A stretch of 63,927 bases of DNA, the filler included, from Piptocephalis cylindrospora (Eukaryota): assembly GCA_003614145.1 (NCBI GenBank). It is 10 parts of 10 records of this genome, joined end to end, with 100 filler letters (N's around TTAATTAATTAA, not from the genome) between each part and the next. Parts side by side here need not be neighbours in the genome. Positions count along the whole stretch, not along the records: positions 6,500 to 12,852 come from KZ988293.1; positions 12,953 to 19,302 come from KZ988294.1; positions 19,403 to 25,750 come from KZ988295.1; 7 more parts are not named here. The stretch is one strand, 5' to 3'. This document shows, one piece after another, positions 12,771 through 24,517 of this stretch. The notes under the pieces are model-generated. The model made no database searches. It was not told where the DNA came from and saw only the letters and a program-made list of their open reading frames with translations. Every line of letters starts with the position of its first letter. Positions within the stretch are counted from its first letter, which is position 1. A program made the position numbers and the translations under genes.

Positions 12771-13596
12771 GTAGGTTTAGATCCAGGGTGGGATGACGGT
12801 GGTGAAGTTCACGAAAAGTGCGCCTGCTTAGAGCATCCTGACCCCCTATTCANNNNNNNNNNNNNNNNNNNNNNNNNNNNNNNNNNNNNNNNNNNNTTAA
12901 TTAATTAANNNNNNNNNNNNNNNNNNNNNNNNNNNNNNNNNNNNNNNNNNNNGGTTCGTAGGCTGGAATGGATGGTGTTTGTGGTTCAAGGTTCGTCATT
13001 GCTGGGGAGGAGCCACGGTCGTTGGTAAGTTATTGTCGTCGTTGTCGTAAGTAAGGATAAGGTGAATGAGCGGGGAGAGTGAGAGTGAGCAACAGCAACG
13101 GACAAATATCTCCCATTCTTGTAGTGCATCTGGACTTCATTTGATCCTTCCGAATAAGGACCATGTCATTCAAGGCGACAAAAGGGTGGGGAGTGAGGAG
13201 GTTTTAGCAAATGGGAGGACTTGGAAGCTCTACTTTGTGGTGTAATAGCAGGGAGAAATGTATTTTCTTCGGAGCTTGAAGCGATATTTCTTGCCACGAG
13301 GGCTGCCATCGTCCTAACAGCGCCCCAGGATCTCTCTAGACCTACCGTACCTCTCTCCCCTGAAGTATGGACACATGTTAAGGGGGGAGGAGGGTACGCC
13401 TGGTCCCCACTGAGAGGAGGCATTTTCATCTCTCCTTGCCATGAAAGGACGTGTTTTCCTGCCATTGCCATCACTTGGTATATCAACATGTACTTTGTTT
13501 TAACGGAAAGGGAGTAATTTTTGATTTTCTCTATGGTTGTTGTTTTTATAGTAAAGGCACAAGGGACACACAGGCTCAGCAGCCCTCCCCCTCACG

Positions 13597-14792
13597 ATGG
13601 CCGCCTAGTCGGTTTCGCCCAAAATTTATGTGACATTCAATGTTTTCGGCGCTTGCTCCATGTCTCGCTTCTGTCCAAGGTAGATGCTGATATCATGACG
13701 GATGTCCTCTTGATCATGGTCACTTTCTACAGCCCCAAAATACACCTTCTTCCTTCGTACATCATCTGCATTCACATGGAAAATATCATTGACCAGGTCC
13801 AGAAGCACTGCCCCGCCCAGCTGAACGCGTACACCCAGTGTGTCGAAGATCATCCCGGGGACTGGGAGACCAAGTGTGCCGAGAAGCGCCGGCTGCTTCG
13901 TTTGTGCTCTGAGGATAAGTAAGTGGGTCTGTTATCCCCCGCGAGACGTCTGAATCTCCATTGCATGTATTCAACCTACTATTCGTCCCTTAGTATCACT
14001 GTTCTGCGCAAGGTCAAAGAACAGTGTCGGAAGGTAGCCTTTGACTTTGATGTGTGTCAGGCCCAGGAGGAAGATCCTACCCGATGCATCGAAGCTCTCA
14101 AAAAGCTGCACACCTGTGCCGAAAGCGTCAAAGCTGAGGAGGCTATCGGGAAGGGTGGGAACCTAGCGGGGAAGGATCAAAAATAATAGTTTTTACTCTG
14201 AGCTCATCCTGATCTCCTCCCTGCAATCAATGTAATTCATGCGGACACGCGTACGATCCCACATCCATATTTGGAGACGCTTTCCAGGAGGAATGTAATG
14301 CTCTCCCTATTGAACTCAACACGGAAAACTCCTCTCCCCTCATCCCCTCAACAGGAATGGTAAGGAAGGAGGGGAAAGCAAGTAGGGGAATGATAGTCAT
14401 CAGCGCCAAGTAACCTCCCTTACCCTTCATTAGCACGCTCCTTCTCTCATCATCATCCATCCCATAAGGACTTACTAACTCGCTCTGGTATCTTGGCGGC
14501 TGTCTTGCTAAACCATACCATACCCTGCACCATGCCATTATTCCACCAGGCCTTCTGTGCCCGTCCCTCTTTTGGTGTCTATCCCATCCCTCCACCTAAA
14601 AACATTCGTGTCCAGCCTAGTTCTTGATGTCTCGCCTTGTGCCAGGCCACAGCCCCACATCACCCTTACTCAAAAACACTACACTCCGCGTGACTCCCTT
14701 CTTTCACATCCCCGCTATTCATCACCTCATAGCCACCTGCCTCTCTTCCCATGCATAGCCCTGTCCTCTGTCACTTCTCTCCTTCCTTCTTT
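13597..14792 (+). repeat. 1196-bp direct repeat, copy 1 (copy 2 at 18057-19252)
   Basis: No differences seen by eye at offset 4460; the ORF translations are identical. Confidence 0.95.
13776..14186 (+). CDS. Double twin-CX9C mitochondrial intermembrane-space protein (Mix14/CHCHD5-like), copy 1; intron 13919-13993
   Basis: Four Cys pairs with CX9C-like spacing across two exons. Confidence 0.8.
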
Positions 14793-14997
14793 ACCTGTCG
14801 CCCATCCTCCTACTTCCTTTGTGTCTATATCCCAAGACACACCGCATTCTCCCCTTTGTTGTACAAGATTCTCATTGACCTCCCCCACTTATTCCTGGAG
14901 ACGACGACTATCACTTGAACCTTATCACTTTGGCTGATCTGATCGCAATATCCCCTTCCCCTCTTCCCTCCCTTCTCCCCAATCTCCTACTCTCATT

Positions 14998-17900
14998 ATG
15001 ATGCAAGGTTGGCCTTCCCTGCCCGCCTGGGGAATCCCACTGACTCTACAGAAACGTCTGGTCAAGTTCCTGGTCAAGCGGGCCGTTGGTCGTTTCTTGC
15101 TTCGTGAGCCCGATCTGGAGGATTTGGAGGTGCAGCTCACCGAAGGTAGGGTTCAACTTCGGTCACTGGCTTTGAATATTCAGGTAATTTGCACTCATCA
15201 GTACGGCCTGCTCTCGCCTCACCTTACTTACCCTTGTCACCCTTGTCCTCTTCCCTCTAGGCCATCAATGCCCTTTTCCCATCTTTACCCCTAGAGGTGA
15301 CCCGGGGAGAGATTGGGGAGATTAGTCTTACTATTCCCTGGAGGAGTATCTGGACTGGAGAGTGTCTTGTCCAAATCCACCATATTCTCTTGACTCTCGA
15401 GCCCTCAAGACACTCTCCTCCACCCTCGCCCTCCTCCACAACATCCACCTCCTCTCCTACGGATGATATGGATGCGTCCTCCAATCCCCATTCTCAGGGC
15501 CTGGATCATTCCATGATGATGATGGAGGCTTCTGTCGATTTGGCTGATGATTTTCTCCGCTCCTCTCCTTTACCGCCTGATGAGCAGGATCTCCTCACTG
15601 CCTCCTTTTACTCCGCCCCTTCCTCCCCGACCCTTTCCTCTCAGATTCCTCCCTCGATCCCCAATCACCCCATAAAGGACTCCCAGGTCAGCGGCGCTTC
15701 CTTTGGACGAGAGGCTTCATGGTCCGGTGAACCCGGAACGGAGGGGCTTCAGATGCTCGCTGGTCTCATTGACTCTATCCTCGCACGTATCCGCGTAGTC
15801 ATTGAAGATATCCATGTCCAGATCCATGTTTCCACAGGGCCGTTATCTCAAGAGGAGGAGGAAAAGACGAAGGAGGAGGAAGAGGAGGATGATGGTGGTA
15901 AGAGTATTATTGATATCCACCTAAGCCATATTTCCTACGTGGACTCGGCCAGGTCGACGACAATGGAAAAAAAGGATGTCGATCCCACTGGTCCAGGCAC
16001 TTTTTTTGGCGTTCCAGATGAGCTTTCCAAATCCATTCTCATCGGCCCCATTCGTATTACCATGGGAAGAGCTTCTACTTATCCTGCTGAACCCCTTGAC
16101 GAAATCGATTCTCCTACCAAGGAGAGAGGGAGAGCAGGCGACCCATCCCCTGAAACAACTCAATCTAGGAGCGCAAGTGTTGATAGTCATCAGAGTGCCA
16201 CGAGCTTAGCTAGCGTTCGCACCGTTCTTCCGGTTAATACTGAGAATTCGACAATGGGTCACTCCATTTCATCCCTTCGTCCCGGTATCCAAGAGAATGC
16301 GTATTCTGGATCCACAGATCAGGCCCCTAATTCACCCATCCTTTTCTTCACCACCTTGGGCAAGGGGAATTGGCTAAGATTTCGTATCCGTTCCCGTGGA
16401 GCCGAACCAATCGATCGGATGGATGGGGTGGGTCCACGAGAAGGCAAAAGAGCCTGGGAGGGGGAGGGGAGGATGGAGGAACTCTTCTTTATCCTATCCC
16501 CCATTCATCTTCGTATACTTTTTTCCCTAATCCAATCCATGGAAGGGGAGGTAAAAATATCGGAAAAGTCAAGATCCTCCAAGTATCATGGGGAGGAGGA
16601 GGATACTGGAGGATGGGATGAGGACTTTGAGTTGACCGATCCTACGCACATCCCTAGACAGGGGCGAACGAGGTCTCGGTGGGGTGGAAGAAGGGGTGTA
16701 GGTAAGTGGGATGACCTAATTCCTGATCATCATCCGTCCCGGAAGCACAGGGAAATTGAGGAAGATGAGGGCTTGGATGCCTTGGTAGGTCAGGTAGCTG
16801 CCTCGGTTGGTACTCCCTCTTCATCCCATCCCTCCTTTGGCCCCCATGTTCCCTTGAATACCTTACCCAGGACACGTGAGCCCCTGGTGTCTTCAAACGC
16901 CGAACTGGGAAGAAAATCCAGGGCACCGGCATCTTTTCCCCGCCCAAGCCCGGATGCTCATGGGGAAAGACGAGGGAGGCTCTCAGTCGGGATCGGAAAG
17001 ACCCGTCTCTTCCTTCTGGTACATGATCCAGATCCAGATCAGGCCCTGGCCTTGGATGGGCTAGGGGAGGAGGGAGATGAGGGGATTGTAGAGGAGGTGC
17101 TACAAGACATCCATCATCTGGTCGCACGCATCCCCGGAATTCATCTAGAATGGCAGCAGCCGGGCTCCGTTGGTAGGGTTCGTGGAGAGGGCGGAGGGGC
17201 CCAAATGAAGGTGGGGGATTTCCTTTTGGAGGAGTGGGTGGCCCACGACTCCTCTGCATCCTACCAGCCCATCCTATGGAAGTCCCCGGCCGGTGACTCG
17301 TCCCATCCCCCTAGATCCACGATGGCTGAGGAGCCAAAGAGGGACAAAGAGGGATTTCCCCTATATGAGCCCTGGACGCACCCTCAATCCCTCTCTCCTG
17401 ATCCCTCCACTGATCCTCCAATACTTTGGGTAAAGTATGATGTGGCTCAAAAGATGTGTCAAGGTAAGCTTTTATTTGTCTTGTGCTAAACCCTCTTTTC
17501 CCCGAATGTCTCTTGACCAACCCATCATCATCTATACTACAGGGGGATGTCTTCCCCTCATGGCTTCTTTGGACATGGAAATGGTGAACCGATGGTCCAC
17601 GGCTCTAAAATCGATTCCTGATTTAAAGAGCCCTCCTCACCCAATTTCTACACCTAGGAAATTATCAGCCACCAACAGAAAGTCCATTCAATTTCAGTGG
17701 ACCCTACCGAGATGTCGAATACGTCTGGGATCACATTATCCCAAGGATGTTGATGATCGGCAAGATGGAGGGGGGGGACCAGGATGGATGGTCATTGATC
17801 TTCGAGATATCCACGCTCGCTATGGTCGTTCCGCTGGTCATGACCAGGAGGGGGATGTATGGGGATTAGAGCTAGGACAGTTTTACGTCCACCATGAAGA

Positions 17901-18056
17901 TCCCGCTGCTCCTCATTCCTTGGGTCTGGTGCAGGCCCGAGAAATCTTACTAGAGGTGAAGATGGCCAGTAGAAAGGCTCTTTCCCGATCCCTTCGTGTT
18001 GGTATGGGATTAGAAGGAGGTGGAGGGGAAGCGGAGCTACTGGAACAAGTTGAGCT
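14998..18056 (+). CDS. ATG2: Autophagy lipid-transfer protein Atg2, N-terminal part; cut off at 18056 by the duplicated segment
   Basis: Chorein-N-type start LQKRLVKFLVKRAVGRFL...GEIGEISLTIPWRSIW; GLQMLAGLIDSILARIRV; introns 15184-15260 and ~17464-17542. Confidence 0.85.
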
Positions 18057-19252
18057 ATGGCCGCCTAGTCGGTTTCGCCCAAAATTTATGTGACATTCAA
18101 TGTTTTCGGCGCTTGCTCCATGTCTCGCTTCTGTCCAAGGTAGATGCTGATATCATGACGGATGTCCTCTTGATCATGGTCACTTTCTACAGCCCCAAAA
18201 TACACCTTCTTCCTTCGTACATCATCTGCATTCACATGGAAAATATCATTGACCAGGTCCAGAAGCACTGCCCCGCCCAGCTGAACGCGTACACCCAGTG
18301 TGTCGAAGATCATCCCGGGGACTGGGAGACCAAGTGTGCCGAGAAGCGCCGGCTGCTTCGTTTGTGCTCTGAGGATAAGTAAGTGGGTCTGTTATCCCCC
18401 GCGAGACGTCTGAATCTCCATTGCATGTATTCAACCTACTATTCGTCCCTTAGTATCACTGTTCTGCGCAAGGTCAAAGAACAGTGTCGGAAGGTAGCCT
18501 TTGACTTTGATGTGTGTCAGGCCCAGGAGGAAGATCCTACCCGATGCATCGAAGCTCTCAAAAAGCTGCACACCTGTGCCGAAAGCGTCAAAGCTGAGGA
18601 GGCTATCGGGAAGGGTGGGAACCTAGCGGGGAAGGATCAAAAATAATAGTTTTTACTCTGAGCTCATCCTGATCTCCTCCCTGCAATCAATGTAATTCAT
18701 GCGGACACGCGTACGATCCCACATCCATATTTGGAGACGCTTTCCAGGAGGAATGTAATGCTCTCCCTATTGAACTCAACACGGAAAACTCCTCTCCCCT
18801 CATCCCCTCAACAGGAATGGTAAGGAAGGAGGGGAAAGCAAGTAGGGGAATGATAGTCATCAGCGCCAAGTAACCTCCCTTACCCTTCATTAGCACGCTC
18901 CTTCTCTCATCATCATCCATCCCATAAGGACTTACTAACTCGCTCTGGTATCTTGGCGGCTGTCTTGCTAAACCATACCATACCCTGCACCATGCCATTA
19001 TTCCACCAGGCCTTCTGTGCCCGTCCCTCTTTTGGTGTCTATCCCATCCCTCCACCTAAAAACATTCGTGTCCAGCCTAGTTCTTGATGTCTCGCCTTGT
19101 GCCAGGCCACAGCCCCACATCACCCTTACTCAAAAACACTACACTCCGCGTGACTCCCTTCTTTCACATCCCCGCTATTCATCACCTCATAGCCACCTGC
19201 CTCTCTTCCCATGCATAGCCCTGTCCTCTGTCACTTCTCTCCTTCCTTCTTT
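18057..19252 (+). repeat. 1196-bp direct repeat, copy 2
   Basis: Matches 13597-14792. Confidence 0.95.
18236..18646 (+). CDS. Mix14/CHCHD5-like protein, identical copy 2 (probably artefactual)
   Basis: Identical to 13776-14186. Confidence 0.6.
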
Positions 19253-19462
19253 GCTGTCGTACCCGCTTCCGAACTCGGTCTCTCATTCTTCTCCCTTCCT
19301 CANNNNNNNNNNNNNNNNNNNNNNNNNNNNNNNNNNNNNNNNNNNNTTAATTAATTAANNNNNNNNNNNNNNNNNNNNNNNNNNNNNNNNNNNNNNNNNN
19401 NNCAGAGGGCATGAGGGAGTTTGCCAGAATGGTCAGAAGAGGAGTAAAGGGCAAGAAGAAAA

Positions 19463-20716
19463 ATGGAAAATACCGAGGAGATGGAGGAGGGTCGAGTCGT
19501 AAAGCGAGGCAAACTTTCTACCCTCTTTACCTCTCCCGACGATTCTTTGACCCCTGGACCTACGAGTACGAGCGGGGCGGCTGGGCTGGACAAGGGGGGT
19601 GTGATGAATGCCCCAAGTGGGAGCGATCAGTCAGATGAGGTTGTTGGGCCCTCCACCACGCCCTTAACTGATCATAATTCCAGTACTAATACTCCTATAG
19701 GCCCGAGTCCACATCCTCAAGATCGTACTGTCGAGGCAAAGAAGGAGGAGAGGTCCGAGGATACGGATATATTTAAACAATCTTTGTTCCAGAATAATAC
19801 CTCTCTCAAGCCCATCTCATCTTCTTCCCCGGAGTCCTTCGAGTCGGAGAGGGAAATTTTACCATTGGATCAACTAGACCTTCGGTTTGTCCCAAATTCC
19901 TGGGAGGACATTGTTCGTGTGGACATCTCCACCATCCCAGGGGCTGGCCGAGGTCTCTTTGCCGTACGAAACCTTCCGGCCTGGACCGTCCTAGGCTTTT
20001 ACTTTGGCGTCCCGGACTTTGAAGACGACTTTGATCGGGACAAGGATGGGATTGGCATTGCCTCCTCCTACTCCATTCGATATCGCCACACCGTCCTAGA
20101 TGCCACGGATGCTTTTGGCCAACCCTTTGACCAGCCGGGGATTAGCCCCATCTATTGTCCATGGCACTACATGAACGAAGATACCAATCGGGGGAATGTC
20201 CTCTTTGTCGAAGGAGCCTGCGTCAATATGGTCATCTGCATGTCCACTCGTCGAATTGGTTCCGGGGAGGAGCTGTTTGTTTACTATGGTACGGATGTCG
20301 AGCGAGATGAGTGGCAGGCCCATCCTGCGGACTCCCAATCCAAGAACGCCGCGACCCAGGGCGAGGAAAAGGAGGATATCAGGATGGAGGAGGCCAAAGT
20401 GGAGGCTGAGGGGCAGGAGGTCAAGATGGAGGGCATTAAACTGGAGGGAAAGGTGGAGGAAACCAAGGCGAAAAAGGAGCCAATATCAGCTACAAGCGTG
20501 GATGATTCACCAGTGAGTTTAGTGGATGGAGTGAAGCACCAAGTTTCTTTTGTTCTGTCCAGCCCGGCCAAAGAGGCAGGAGATGCTTCCTCTCCCATGA
20601 CAATACCTCCTTCATCCTCCTATGATGAGGTGGTCCGGGAGGCCGGAAAAAACCCAGCAGGATCAGAACCTGTCAGTAAACCAAGGCAATCTGAGGGAAA
20701 TGGAGATGATTGTTAA
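19463..20716 (+). CDS. SET-domain protein, divergent; 5' end uncertain
   Basis: STIPGAGRGLFA...GFYFG...HYMNE...IGSGEELFVYYG; low-complexity flanks. Confidence 0.85.
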   Translation: MENTEEMEEGRVVKRGKLSTLFTSPDDSLTPGPTSTSGAAGLDKGGVMNAPSGSDQSDEVVGPSTTPLTDHNSSTNTPIGPSPHPQDRTVEAKKEERSEDTDIFKQSLFQNNTSLKPISSSSPESFESEREILPLDQLDLRFVPNSWEDIVRVDISTIPGAGRGLFAVRNLPAWTVLGFYFGVPDFEDDFDRDKDGIGIASSYSIRYRHTVLDATDAFGQPFDQPGISPIYCPWHYMNEDTNRGNVLFVEGACVNMVICMSTRRIGSGEELFVYYGTDVERDEWQAHPADSQSKNAATQGEEKEDIRMEEAKVEAEGQEVKMEGIKLEGKVEETKAKKEPISATSVDDSPVSLVDGVKHQVSFVLSSPAKEAGDASSPMTIPPSSSYDEVVREAGKNPAGSEPVSKPRQSEGNGDDC

Positions 20717-20805
20717 GGACATGCATGTGAAGTGGAGGCCGGGATGGGAAGAACAAGATGATGATTGAATAGCGCACTCTTTACAACTAAAAATGCGTTT
20801 CTAGT

Positions 20806-20812
20806 GGGAGAA

Positions 20813-20847
<35 letters not shown>

Positions 20848-20848
20848 A
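20806..20848 (+). repeat. (GA)n microsatellite
   Basis: GA run. Similar CT/GA tracts at ~11910-11970, 32117-32138, 37525-37568 and 49776-49838; (GT)n at ~30334-30356; (CA)n at ~54409-54429. Confidence 0.9.
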
Positions 20849-20966
20849 AGTAGTCCAAGTACTCATTCATGGTTCTAAGGCATGATACAGAATACATATG
20901 ATAAAAAAATTGTGAGATGTCACATGCAATAAAATGAAGTATGGATTTCTTGAGGGTTTAACCGGT

Positions 20967-22095
20967 CTAAGCAGCGCCTCTACCCCGAATGTTCCCCCCT
21001 CTTCCCCGACTACCTCTGCCCACACCGCTTCTGCCCATACCACCTCGGCCTGTGCCGCCACGAACCCCTCTAAAGCTTGCACCTCCACGACCACCGCCTC
21101 GCATGATGCCTCCCCTATCAGCCCCACTGCCTTGGCCCCTCCCTCGAGCAGCTCCACGACCACGAACGCCAAAAAACCCACCCCTCCCTCTTCCACGTCC
21201 TCTGAAAGGAGTGGGATACGGCCTAGAAGAGAGAGATCCCTTAGTTCGGATCTGAAGTAGTCGCCTGACTCGTTCTACTCGTCGCGTCATGGCCATACGC
21301 TTCCTCGCGCTGGGCCTTGCTATTTTCCGAGCCTTTTTGCTCTCCGAGGGGGGATGATTAGGAGTCTTTTCAGAGATATGGATGATACGACGAGGAAAGA
21401 AGCATCGTTCCTATGGGAAAGTAAAGAGAAATGAGGAATTTGGATAGATGTAAGGACCAAGACACATGGTCCAAGCGCAATGACACCTACCCATGGAATC
21501 TTGGACGCATCAAGGACATCTTGGCCACTCAAGGCTACCTGCTCAAACCGACGCAATAAAACATCATCCCTAAATTTTAGAAAATGGAGATGGATGAGTT
21601 GGGTTCATTGTCCTCTATCCATAACCTCCTTCAACTAAATGAACTTACGAAACTGGAGGAAGAATTGGCTTTCTGATCCGAGGAGCCAAGGAGGATGCGG
21701 GAGCGCTAGGAGTGGCGGGGGAGACTGAAGCCAAGTCCATGGCGACCATCTGGCTGTCAAAAAGACAAAAGCCTAAAGGTGTAAAGATGAGTCCATAGGT
21801 CAAGGCATCCTCAAAGGTCTCCCCCGTGGAATCGCTTACCTTCCATCTCCTCATCCTTATCTTCTTGGGGCTCTGGACCCCCCATTGTGTCCTCGGTGGT
21901 AAATTGAATATCCATCAGGTCGTCCATAGCTGAGAGGTAATCCTGTGGAGGGTGGTCCTCGGTCTCATCTTCTCCTTCCTCTGACCGCATGGCACGTCGA
22001 GAAACGCGCTGGGTTCCTGACGGGAGAGGTGGAGCCGCGAGGCCCCTGGCATCTGGGGTGATTTTTTCCCGAAGAGTGGGTATTACAGAGGGCAT
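20967..22095 (-). CDS. DUF2011-like fungal protein with a C-terminal RGG-rich tail, 4 exons
   Basis: Spliced: ...QRVSRRAM...EEMEGFCLFD...RRFEQVALSGQDVLDASKIPW^ERCFFPRRII...RPSARKR...RGRGRGRGGFFG. Family assigned from memory of motifs. Confidence 0.55.
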
Positions 22096-22696
22096 GAGGG
22101 AGTTTGCCAGAATGGTCAGAAGAGGAGTAAAGGGCAAGAAACGAGTGTGTTTGGGAGCGGAATGAATCTTTCTTTTTTTAAGGGATCAGCAAATGTTGTT
22201 GCCATGTCTGACCCATGAACACAGTGGAAAATGAAAGGGATCCTTAGTTTATCCACTCTGTATTACTGAACTGTTTCTTGAAACCTATGACAAGGATGAT
22301 GATCAACGCAAATAACCATTTAAAGCTTGACTAGTGAGAAAAATGGTATACATTCAATCCTAAAAAGCCGTCAACATAATCTCTATTCAATCGCTCTCTC
22401 TCGTCCTTGAAGGGTCCGCCCCAGGGAGTGCTTTTTCCAATTCTTATTGAGCGCTCAGTATATCAAAAGCGCACTAATCTTTACTGGCTATTGCAAGGAT
22501 ATGCTCACTATCTATTTGATTGCTCACGGTGTAAATGGCAAGCAAAAACGGTCGCTGTGAGCTTGATAGGCCAAAGTCGGACTATCCGCTGAGGACGACG
22601 CGTCACTAACGAACAATATCATTAAAGTGTCTAGTCGTGTCGGGAGCACAGATGTGGATCCTACGTCTTTCTTTATTATATTTCCCACTTTTTATC

Positions 22697-24361
22697 ATGC
22701 CCCCCCCCCCTTTCAGATTCCAAGAGCGCCTCTTCTTCCTCTCCCTCTGAGACAAACTTCCCCGATGACACAGTGACGGCGGAGGGATATCTCGAGGAAC
22801 AGGAGCGCTTGGAGCACCTGGCAGCTAGGACCCTTCCATACCGGTTCGACGCGTGTTCCCGTGCCCTGGTTGAACCTGGATCCCGGACTCGGCAGACGCT
22901 GTATGTGTGTCTACGGCATGTGCCAACGGGAGAGGAAAAGACTGGGAGGATCATGTGCTATGCCTGCAGTATTTCGTGCCATGCTGACTGCGAACTCGTG
23001 GAATTATTTACCAAGCGAGGCATCGGATGCGATTGTGGGGCTGGACGGATGAGTAACACATGCTCACTGGTCCAGATCCCGGACGCGACCTGGGCTGAGG
23101 AGAATGCCCGTAAAAATCGGTACAATCATAATGCCCAGGGTCTCTTTTGTTGGTAGGCATTGCTACTCTATGGTGGCTAGACTAAAGAGGGCGTGTGTCA
23201 GGACTAACTGAATAACATGAGGGGCATTCTAGGTGTAATGAGACATATGACCCGGAGGTAGAGGCCAGTCCCATGTATCAATGCATTGTATGCGAGGACT
23301 GGTTTCATGATCGGTGTATCAAGGAGGTAAATAATTGGTTTTCCGCAAAGTCATACTGAAGTCCTAATTTGATCTTGCGACCCTCATTAGGTGCCTGACC
23401 CAGACAAATGGGAAGAGTTTATCTGTCATACCTGTGTGGCCAAACACCCTTCTTTACAGGAGTTGGGCCAGGATACCAAACTGGTCACTCCCTTTATCGG
23501 TGAATTGGAGGAGGAGGAGGTTGGGGAAAACAGGGAATGTAAGGAAAGTGACGAAGTCTCTCAAACAAAGGCTTCAGCACCCGCCACCGACGAAGGGGAG
23601 GGCGTATCTGTGGAGCATCTAGAAGAGCGAAAGAGATCTGGAGAGAATCTAGAGAAAGAGGACGATCAGGAGTCAGGGAGCAAGAGGGTCAAAATGACTT
23701 CAACGGCAAAAGAGTTTCTAAAAGAAGAGAAAGGAGACGGGATAATTAAGAGCCTGTTTCTAGTGGAGAACTGGAAAGAATTGGTCGTCAACCCTCATCA
23801 GGTAGGTGGTGCGATAAAAGAGTGTTCTCTATTCTTGCATATTACCCACTCACCACCTCTTGGATAGTGGGATGATGGAGAGCTCTCCTTTCTTTTAGCG
23901 GATGAAACAGTGTACCTCCCGGAGAAGGAGACAGATTCTGGTCAGTGAATTACATATTGGGCGAAGAAGAGTGCTCATCTCACCACATTTTCCTGCCATA
24001 GAAACATCGCTATTCCGTATTGGCATGAATAAATTACCCTCAATGCCAAGGGAAACATCCTTAACGGGCCTAGAGGCGTATCAGAAAATGAGATGAGGCA
24101 TGGATTCCTCTATGATATTTCATTTTACCGCCCTTCTCATACAAATCCTCCTTTCTTTCATGCATAGGTCCGAAATCAAGGCGTTCCTCTCCCCGTTTGC
24201 CGAGGATGGTCGGGTAGTGACTGCTGACGATGTTCGGGATTTCTTCGCGGTAAGTACTCCGATGATGAAAATGAGTGGCATGGGCTGGATGAACTCATAG
24301 AGCCCCCATCGGCTCCCTTTGGTGACAGGCCAAGCTAAGGGCCAAGTCTGTGCGTAGGTAA
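22697..24361 (+). CDS. UBR7: UBR-box/PHD E3 ligase UBR7 (Mlo2-like), 7 exons
   Basis: TAEGYLEEQERLE, RQTLYVC, CYACSISCH, LVELFTKR..CDCG, NRYNHN.QGLFCWC, MYQCIVCEDWFH, KAFLSPFAEDGRVVTADDVRDFF. The start and one intron are irregular (see findings). Confidence 0.92.
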
Positions 24362-24517
24362 AAGGAGGGATTCAAGGGACGTGTGGGGAAGGGGATCAAT
24401 ACACATATTGGATGACCAAGAGTCCTTCAACTGTGCATCTTGAGCCATCCAGCTCTATTGTACATCAACACTACCTATCCTATGTGCTATACAACCACGA
24501 ACAGTAAGGAGGGCTTC

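Noticed and set aside
20934..21260. Thr/Ser/Pro-rich plus-strand ORFs resembling mucins
   Set aside because: Antisense shadow of the RGG-coding exon; many other listed ORFs are similar shadows of real genes
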